Shown here: positions 57,738 to 64,000 of the stretch, piece by piece
How positions within the stretch are numbered: the stretch's first letter is position 1
How the letters are laid out: every line of letters begins with the position of its first letter
Assembly: GCA_965205265.1 (NCBI GenBank)
Contig: CBDBGH010000003.1
Coordinates: 2,656,001 to 2,720,000, forward strand
DNA from: Alphaproteobacteria bacterium
GTDB lineage: Bacteria; Pseudomonadota; Alphaproteobacteria; Bin95
DNA: 64,000 nt
Reading direction: 5' to 3'
The notes under the pieces: generated by a model
Seen by the model: the letters and a program-made list of their open reading frames with translations, nothing else
Told to the model about the DNA's origin: nothing
The model's database searches: none
Program-made: the position numbers and the translations under genes

Positions 57738-60263
57738 TCAGAAGCGCATGTTGAGGGTGAGGAAGAAGGTGCGGCCCCAGCCGGCTGCCGTCGGCCCGTC
57801 CGTGCTGGAGGGGTCGGAAGTGTCCGTGGTGAGCTGCGTGTCGGTGAGGTTGAACACGCCGGCCGAGACCCGGGCGCCCTTGAGCCTCAGCGGGTCGGTC
57901 CAGTCCACCGACAGGTCGTGGCCGGTCCAGGACTTGAACGCCCCGGTATTGGTCTGGTTCCTGAAGCCGGCGCGGTAATTGGCGGTCCACACGGCGCTCA
58001 GATTACCGCGCCGCACCAGGAAGCCGACCCGGACGGCGTTCCGGGCGATGACGAACCGCTCCTTGCGGCCCGCGAAGCGGCGTTCCGCGTCCAGGACGTG
58101 CCTCCAGGCGCCCCGCATGCCGACGACGCCCCAACTCGTCCTCAAGCCACCGCCGAAGCGGGTATTGATGCCCGAGATCTCGGAATCGAGGATATTGTCG
58201 TAGCTCTGGTGGATGGTGATGTCGCCGCCATTGCGCTGGATGCAGTTGCTGCCGCCATCCGGGCATTCGGGCAGGTTCAGCATGGCCCAGGTGGCGGTGT
58301 TCAACGCCGGCTGGCCGGACACCGAGAGCCGGTACCATTCCGCGGCCAGGAAGAACGGCCCCCGGCGGGCCTCGGCGCCGACGGCGAGCCTCTCCGCTTC
58401 CGAAGGATCGAGCCGCGGGTTGCCGCTGGCCTCGCGCGTCACCTGCCGACGGTTCGGCGCGGCGCAGGCGCGGGGCGGGTCCCCGGTCCCCGGATCGCAC
58501 AGGATATAGGGGTGGTCCTGGTCCTCGGTGCTGTAGAGGTCCGCCATCGAGGGCGAACCCTCTCCCGTGCTCCAGGAACCGCGCAGCGTGACGATGCCGG
58601 TCGGCCGGTATTCGGCCCCGACGCGCCAGGACCCGAGCCCGCCCACATCGTCATATTCGACGCCGCGCCCCGCGACCCTGAGGTCCAGCCTGTCGGCCAG
58701 CGGCAGGGACATTTCGGCGAAGGCTGCGGACGTGTTCCGGTCGCCGGCGAAACTGACCCCGCCGGAGCCGAGCACCTCCCTCACATCGCGGATTTCGCCT
58801 TCGTGCTTTCCGCCGACATGGCGAAAGCGCAGCAGGCTGTGCGCTTCGACCCGGCCCAGCTCGACCCCCGCCGTCCACGCCGCATCGCGGCCGCCGAGCG
58901 CGAAGCCGGACCCCTCCAGCGCAAACCGGGCCGAAAGGACCTCCGCGCCGGAATCCCGTTCTTGCCGCAGGCTGCTGTCCGTTATGGCCTGCAAGTGGTT
59001 CGCATCTTGGGAAAACGGGTCCGCGAGGTCGTAGTGTCCGGCCTGAACGGCGTCCTGGATCGTCCTGCCATGCACCAGGGTATTGCCGGTGACGGCGCTG
59101 TCCCAACGCCAGGCGTCGAGGCGCGCATCGTAGCCGAGGCCCTCCGCCAGCCGGCCGGTAACGCCCAGGGAGAGGTCGTACTCCTCGCTGTCCGTCACCC
59201 AGTCGCGGTTGCCATGCACCACGAAGCGGTGCCCCACGGCGAACAGGTCGTTGGCGTCCGCCGTAAAGTCCGAGCCGGCCGCTTCGTTGATTGCGTCGAG
59301 AAGCCCTTGGTTCGTCGTATTCCCGTCGTCGTCCGTCAGCCCGAAGGAAAACACATCGACCGACGGGGCGTAGCGGAATGCCGAATCGCTCTGCGTGAGG
59401 TTCACGTCCAGATGCAGTTCGGCATCGCCGCCGAGGGGGTGGTCCAGGTTCAGGATGGCGCTCCGCTGCTCGAAGCTCGGCGTGTCCCACCAGATATTGC
59501 CGAAGGCGAAGCCGCAGCCCTCGTCGCCGTTGCGGATGCCGGGCGGGTTGGTAAGCGGGCCGGTATAGCCCTGCGCCGGGTTGCACGCCCCCAGCGCGAC
59601 CGATCTTACGCCTTGAAAATTCCCGCCATCGTCGAACCTGACGACATAGACGGTGTTGCCGCTGAGGCTGACATTCTTCGCGTCGCTGAACGAGCCGCCC
59701 TCGACCCATTCGGAGCGGCTGTGCTTGCGGGCCCTGCCGGGGATTTCCTGGCGGTCGAGCATGTCCACGCCGAGAGTCATGCGGCCCCCCTTGCCGACCG
59801 CGCCGCCCCAGAAGACGCTGCCCTGCCAGGCATCGCCGCCCTCCCGGCTCGGCGCCCGCGTTACCGTGCGCGTCTCGAAGCCGTCCAGATCCGTCCTGAG
59901 CACGATGTTGAGCGCGCCGCGCACCGTGCCGCCGATGGAGCCCAGGCCGTCGCCGCCGAGGACCTCGATGCGCTCCACGGCCGAGAGCGGCAAGGGCTCC
60001 AGATCGCCGTCGGTGGAGGCATAAGGCCTGCCATTGACCAGGACAAGCAGGTTCTGCCCCCCGGTGAGGAAGTAGCGGATGATGCCCGTGTCCAGCAGTT
60101 CCTGGAGCGTCTGGGCGCCGGAGCGCTCGATGAAGGCCCGGTCGTATTTGGCGACGACGCGCGGCTGCGGCGCCAGCGGGCCGGCATGGGCCGCGCCCGC
60201 CACCAGCATGGCGAGAGCGGCAAACAACACCAGCAAGGTCTTCGGGGAGATTTCACTTTTCAT
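57738..60263 (-). CDS. TonB-dependent receptor (ORF intact, separated from its native RBS)
   Basis: Signal peptide; plug motifs LVLVNGR, AVERIEVL, GALNIVLR; GNPRLDP; GVFNLTD; C-terminal Phe. Confidence 0.93.
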   Translation of the reverse strand: MKSEISPKTLLVLFAALAMLVAGAAHAGPLAPQPRVVAKYDRAFIERSGAQTLQELLDTGIIRYFLTGGQNLLVLVNGRPYASTDGDLEPLPLSAVERIEVLGGDGLGSIGGTVRGALNIVLRTDLDGFETRTVTRAPSREGGDAWQGSVFWGGAVGKGGRMTLGVDMLDRQEIPGRARKHSRSEWVEGGSFSDAKNVSLSGNTVYVVRFDDGGNFQGVRSVALGACNPAQGYTGPLTNPPGIRNGDEGCGFAFGNIWWDTPSFEQRSAILNLDHPLGGDAELHLDVNLTQSDSAFRYAPSVDVFSFGLTDDDGNTTNQGLLDAINEAAGSDFTADANDLFAVGHRFVVHGNRDWVTDSEEYDLSLGVTGRLAEGLGYDARLDAWRWDSAVTGNTLVHGRTIQDAVQAGHYDLADPFSQDANHLQAITDSSLRQERDSGAEVLSARFALEGSGFALGGRDAAWTAGVELGRVEAHSLLRFRHVGGKHEGEIRDVREVLGSGGVSFAGDRNTSAAFAEMSLPLADRLDLRVAGRGVEYDDVGGLGSWRVGAEYRPTGIVTLRGSWSTGEGSPSMADLYSTEDQDHPYILCDPGTGDPPRACAAPNRRQVTREASGNPRLDPSEAERLAVGAEARRGPFFLAAEWYRLSVSGQPALNTATWAMLNLPECPDGGSNCIQRNGGDITIHQSYDNILDSEISGINTRFGGGLRTSWGVVGMRGAWRHVLDAERRFAGRKERFVIARNAVRVGFLVRRGNLSAVWTANYRAGFRNQTNTGAFKSWTGHDLSVDWTDPLRLKGARVSAGVFNLTDTQLTTDTSDPSSTDGPTAAGWGRTFFLTLNMRF

Positions 60264-60277
60264 AGGGGATTATATAC

Positions 60278-60306
60278 TTGACGGCGCAAACCGGAGCGCC
60301 TATATT
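60278..60306 (+). promoter_or_regulatory. Transposase promoter with the -35 inside IRL
   Basis: TTGACG-17 bp-TATATT; AGGGAGG RBS before ATG 60330. Confidence 0.7.
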
Positions 60307-60329
60307 CATCCTTACAGGGAGGATCCACT

Positions 60330-61295
60330 ATGGCGAAAGCACCGGGTAAGGCACACCGCGAAGGCATCACGCTCTTGCAGGTTGTGGAGATGTTCCCGAC
60401 CGAGGAAAGCGCCCATGACTGGTTCGCGGATATGCGCTGGGGCCGCACCGGCCGTTTCTGCCCGCGTTGCGGTAACACCGAGACGACGCAGAAGGGCTTG
60501 ACCTTTTGGTGCGGCGGTTGCCGCCGTCGGTTCACGGTCCGCACCGGCACGGCGATGGAGCGGTCGAAGATTCCGCTGCGCAAGTGGGTCATCGCCATCT
60601 ACTTGAGCGTGACAAGCCTCAAAGGCGTGTCGTCGATGAAGCTGCACCGCGACCTTGGCATTACGCAGAAGAGCGCATGGTTCATGGCGCACCGCATCCG
60701 GGAAGCCATGATGGGCGAGCCGGGCGGGTTCTTCGGCCCTGCCGAGGCGGACGAAACCTACTTTGGAGGCAAACGGAAGAACATGAGCAACCGGAAGCGG
60801 AAGGAGCTTGCCGGGACGGGCCGGGGCACGGTCGGCAAAGCCGCCGTGGCCGGTGTGAAGGACCGGGACAGCAACAAGGTCGCGGCCCGCGTCATGGAAG
60901 CGACGAAGGCGGACGACCTGCAACGCTTCGTCCGGGACAATGTGCAGCCCGGCGCCACCCTCTATACGGACGAAGCGGCCGCCTACAAGGGAATGCCCGA
61001 ATTCGATCACGAGGCGGTCAATCACTCGGTTGCCGAGTATGTGCGCGGGCAGGCGCACACGAACGGGATGGAAAGCTTCTGGTCGATGTTGAAGCGGGCC
61101 TACGCCGGAACCTTTCACAAGTTTTCGCATAAGCACCTTCAGCGGTATGTCGATGAATTCTCGACGCGCCACAATCTCCGCGACATGGACACGGCGGACA
61201 TGATGGCGGCGCTCGCCGCTGGCATGGTCGGCAAGCGCCTCCTTTACAGCGACTTGATTGCGGACAACGGCCTGTCCTCCGGCGCTCGAAGCTGA
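60330..61295 (+). CDS. IS1595-family transposase
   Basis: CPRCG...CGGC Zn ribbon, EADETYFGG, LYTDE...Y, VNH, HTNGMESFWS, YVDEF. Confidence 0.95.
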   Translation: MAKAPGKAHREGITLLQVVEMFPTEESAHDWFADMRWGRTGRFCPRCGNTETTQKGLTFWCGGCRRRFTVRTGTAMERSKIPLRKWVIAIYLSVTSLKGVSSMKLHRDLGITQKSAWFMAHRIREAMMGEPGGFFGPAEADETYFGGKRKNMSNRKRKELAGTGRGTVGKAAVAGVKDRDSNKVAARVMEATKADDLQRFVRDNVQPGATLYTDEAAAYKGMPEFDHEAVNHSVAEYVRGQAHTNGMESFWSMLKRAYAGTFHKFSHKHLQRYVDEFSTRHNLRDMDTADMMAALAAGMVGKRLLYSDLIADNGLSSGARS

Positions 61296-61296
61296 C

Positions 61297-62310
61297 ATGG
61301 CGCTGCAAACGGTCATTCCGCCGACCGACCTAAGCGCGGAAGCCCTCGCCCGCCGCCTGCTGAATGAGGGATGGATGGAGGACGGCCGCCATCCCCTGCA
61401 CCTCCGCAAGGCGCGTTTCCTCGACCGGCTGCGCAGCACCGGCAAGCTGGACTACAAGCGGTATCTGGCCTCGCCGCTGCGCTACGCGGGCGGCAAGAGC
61501 CTCGCCGTCGGCATGGTCGTGGAACTCATGCCCGATGTCGTGGAGCGCGTCGCGTCGCCTTTCATGGGCGGCGGCTCCGTCGAGATCGCTCTTGCCCGCG
61601 AACTCGAACTGCCGGTCGCGGCCTACGATGTCTTCGACATTCTCTGCGCCTACTGGCAAGAGCAGTTGCAGCGCCCGGCCGCACTGGCGAAGCGGCTCCG
61701 GGCCTTCACGCCGGATCGGCCCACCTTCGCCGCCGTCAAAGCCCGGCTGGAAGCGCACTGGAAGCGCGGGGAGGCGTTGAACCGCTACGACCTCGCCGCT
61801 CACTACTACTTCAACTCGAACACCTCCTACGGGCCGCATTTCCTCGGCTGGCCGTCCGATGTGTATCTGGCACCGGATCGTTACGGGAAGACGGTGGAGA
61901 AGGTCGAGGCGTTTCGCGCGCCGGGGCTGACCGTGGAGTGCGCGGGCTTCGAGGAGTCGATACCGCATCACGCGGCGGACTTCCTCTACTGCGACCCGCC
62001 CTACTACCTCGAAGAGGGCAAGACTTTCGTGGGGATGTATCCGCACCGGAACTTCCCGATTCACCATGACGGCTTCCGGCATGAGGCGTTGCGCGATTTG
62101 CTCTTGCGCCACCGGGCCGGATTCATCCTGTCCTACAACGACTGCCCGACGATCCGCGACTGGTATTCCGACTGCAATATCGAGACGCCGGAATGGCAAT
62201 ACACCTTCGGGCAGGGCGATACGCGCATCGGCGAGAACCGGCGCGAGCGCAACGGCGGGTCGCATGTGAAGAAGTCGCACGAACTGCTTATCTGGCGGCA
62301 TCCCCGGTGA
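61297..62310 (+). CDS. Dam/D12-class N6-adenine DNA methyltransferase
   Basis: SPLRYAGGKS, PFMGGGSV (motif I), YCDPPY (motif IV), FILSYN, ELLI. Confidence 0.92.
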   Translation: MALQTVIPPTDLSAEALARRLLNEGWMEDGRHPLHLRKARFLDRLRSTGKLDYKRYLASPLRYAGGKSLAVGMVVELMPDVVERVASPFMGGGSVEIALARELELPVAAYDVFDILCAYWQEQLQRPAALAKRLRAFTPDRPTFAAVKARLEAHWKRGEALNRYDLAAHYYFNSNTSYGPHFLGWPSDVYLAPDRYGKTVEKVEAFRAPGLTVECAGFEESIPHHAADFLYCDPPYYLEEGKTFVGMYPHRNFPIHHDGFRHEALRDLLLRHRAGFILSYNDCPTIRDWYSDCNIETPEWQYTFGQGDTRIGENRRERNGGSHVKKSHELLIWRHPR

Positions 62311-63074
62311 ACGCTCGCCGCGCAAGCACGACCGAGGCAGCCCGCGAATACCGGCAACGCGGCCATGACGACGCGCTGCTGTTCGCGCTCGCCATCGGGC
62401 TTGAGGATGACTACCGCCGCGACCAAGCGGCGAAGAAGGATGTCATCGACCCGGCCGGAGACGCGCACTCGGTCAAGTCCGGGCGCATCAAGTGGCAGGT
62501 CTTCCTCTACCGGCGAAACCGCTTCCTCGACGACGACGGGTTCCAGGCGCTCAATGGGGTCGGCTCGCTCCTGGTCCACTGCATTGACGCCTTCCCGCCG
62601 CGCTACAGCGACTATGAGGACAACAAGGAACCGGCCAAACTCCGCCTGCAAGCGCCCATGCGGGAGCTCAAAGACCGCTTCCAGCGCAAGGCTCTCCTGC
62701 GGGCCTTCCTGCGCAAGTCGCTCTTCAACGGCGCGGAGGTGCAATATCTGACGGTGCTGCGGGACGGCGTCTTCTGCGTCTATTGGAGCGACGATGTTGT
62801 CACGGCGATGGCGGACGGCTTCGAAGTCGTGAACTCGACGGCTCGTCGGCCCGGAGAATTCGACGCACAGAAGGTGCTCTTCCGGCATGAGGGCCGCAAT
62901 GTCGGGGAACTCGAAATGCGGAACTCCAGCCCCGGCCATTACGGCGAGGTGCTGTTCAACATGAACCGGGAACCGTGCCTTGCGCTCTTGGACGCGGCCG
63001 GCTTGGAGACTGCCGAGTGGTCGTCCGAAGTCCGGCTATACGGACAGGCGCGGCGGACCTTCGGTCGCTGGTAG
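62307..63074 (+). CDS. Putative type II restriction endonuclease (PD-(D/E)xK-like)
   Basis: GTGA overlap with the MTase stop; KKDVID..GDAHSVKSG resembles a D...(S/E)xK site; size and context fit a type II REase. Confidence 0.6.
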   Translation: MNARRASTTEAAREYRQRGHDDALLFALAIGLEDDYRRDQAAKKDVIDPAGDAHSVKSGRIKWQVFLYRRNRFLDDDGFQALNGVGSLLVHCIDAFPPRYSDYEDNKEPAKLRLQAPMRELKDRFQRKALLRAFLRKSLFNGAEVQYLTVLRDGVFCVYWSDDVVTAMADGFEVVNSTARRPGEFDAQKVLFRHEGRNVGELEMRNSSPGHYGEVLFNMNREPCLALLDAAGLETAEWSSEVRLYGQARRTFGRW

Positions 63075-63112
63075 TTTGCGCAAGCATGTATATAATCCCC
63101 TTTTCATACATC

Positions 63113-63251
63113 CCTCCTGCGTGCGGCCCGGACATCGCAAAGGTGCACCGGCCGCTTTCCATGGCGCAATCCGGTCATTGCCGACCATTGAATATTTCGC
63201 AGCTATATCATTAGCTCAAATACTATTTTATGTTCGTTGCCTATAGTATTT
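63113..63251 (-). promoter_or_regulatory. Native upstream region of the TonB receptor: RBS and AT-rich promoter with an inverted repeat
   Basis: GGAGG (63117-63113) 5 nt from the duplicated ATG; AAATACTAT-N16-ATAGTATTT at 63218-63251. Confidence 0.6.
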
Positions 63252-63298
63252 TCAAATAACCGAGCGATTGGCCGCGCGGAATTCCGGTTGCCGGAGCC

Positions 63299-64000
63299 TT
63301 ACAGCCTGCCGGCGGAGACGCCGCCATCGACCATATAGACGCCGCCGGTGCAGAAGCTCGACTCCTCGCTCGCCAGGAACAGCATCAGCCGCGCGACCTC
63401 TTCCGGCTCGCCATAGCGGCGCAGCGGCGTCGCGCCGGCGAGCGGCTGGTTGGCGCCGGCGCGGTCCACGCCGTGCATCCCTTCGAGGCTCTGGATCATG
63501 CGCGTGTCGATGGGCGAGGGATTGACCGTGTTCACACGGATGTTCGAGGCCGCCCCCTCGATGGCGGCCGAGCGCATCAGCCCGATCACCGCATGCTTGG
63601 AGGCGGTATAGGCGGACATGTCCGGAATGGCGCGGATGCCGGCGGTCGAGGAAGTCAGCACCAGCGAGCCGCCGCCGCGCCGCTCCAGATGCGGCATCAG
63701 CGCCTTGAGGCCGAGCCAGACCGCGCGCGTGTTGACCGCCATGACGCGGTCGAACATCTCCACCGTATAGTCGGCTATGGGCGCGAGCGTGCCCTCTATG
63801 CCGGCATTCAGCAGGCCGATGTCGATGCCGCCGAACCGCTCGGCCGCCGCAGCCGCAATCGCCTCGTTTGCGGCCGGCTCGGACACATCGCCCGCATGCC
63901 AGGCCGCGCCGGTTTCGCCCGCCAGCGCCTCCAGCCTGTCCGCATCCAGATCGACCAGCATCAGCGCCGCGCCCTCTGCCGCGAACAGTCTGGACGCCGC
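63299..64000 (-). CDS. SDR family oxidoreductase (5' end outside the window)
   Basis: LNAGI, AYTASKHA (YxxxK), IRVNTVNP, PEEVA, VDGG. Confidence 0.93.
   Translation of the reverse strand, partial: AASRLFAAEGAALMLVDLDADRLEALAGETGAAWHAGDVSEPAANEAIAAAAAERFGGIDIGLLNAGIEGTLAPIADYTVEMFDRVMAVNTRAVWLGLKALMPHLERRGGGSLVLTSSTAGIRAIPDMSAYTASKHAVIGLMRSAAIEGAASNIRVNTVNPSPIDTRMIQSLEGMHGVDRAGANQPLAGATPLRRYGEPEEVARLMLFLASEESSFCTGGVYMVDGGVSAGRL

Larger units (their letters stand above)
60265..63100 (+). mobile_element. IS1595-family element with passenger methyltransferase and putative endonuclease
   Basis: IRL GGGGATTATATACTTGACGGCGCAAAC (60265-60291), IRR 63074-63100 (23/27 match); 8-bp TSD TTTTCATA at 60257-60264 and 63101-63108. 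Confidence 0.93.

Overview
High-GC chromosomal window. Gene content (lpxC-bamD-recN-ligA, lptD, Cys-free L36, tRNA-Gln, CGTC-type REP) points to an alphaproteobacterium, possibly Rhodospirillales-like; this is inference. Most of the window is catabolic or housekeeping genes: a molybdenum hydroxylase pair, NudC, a di-heme peroxidase cluster, an Ntn-acylase next to a GH3 ligase, a Rieske/amidohydrolase triad, cofC with an LLM oxidoreductase, 2OG dioxygenases, CoA transferases and a GGT. Three mobile elements could be delimited by reading their ends. (1) An IS1634-family element with a 49-51 bp target duplication separates an FNR box from the narK1-narK2-narGHJI-PPIase operon, and narG also carries an in-frame Trp-to-TGA stop. 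(2) An IS21 element. (3) A 2836-bp IS1595-family element (27-bp IRs, 8-bp TSD TTTTCATA) carries a Dam-family methyltransferase and a putative restriction endonuclease, and is inserted between the RBS and the ATG of a TonB-dependent receptor. No CRISPR array or rRNA was seen. All family assignments come from motif recognition; no database search was run.
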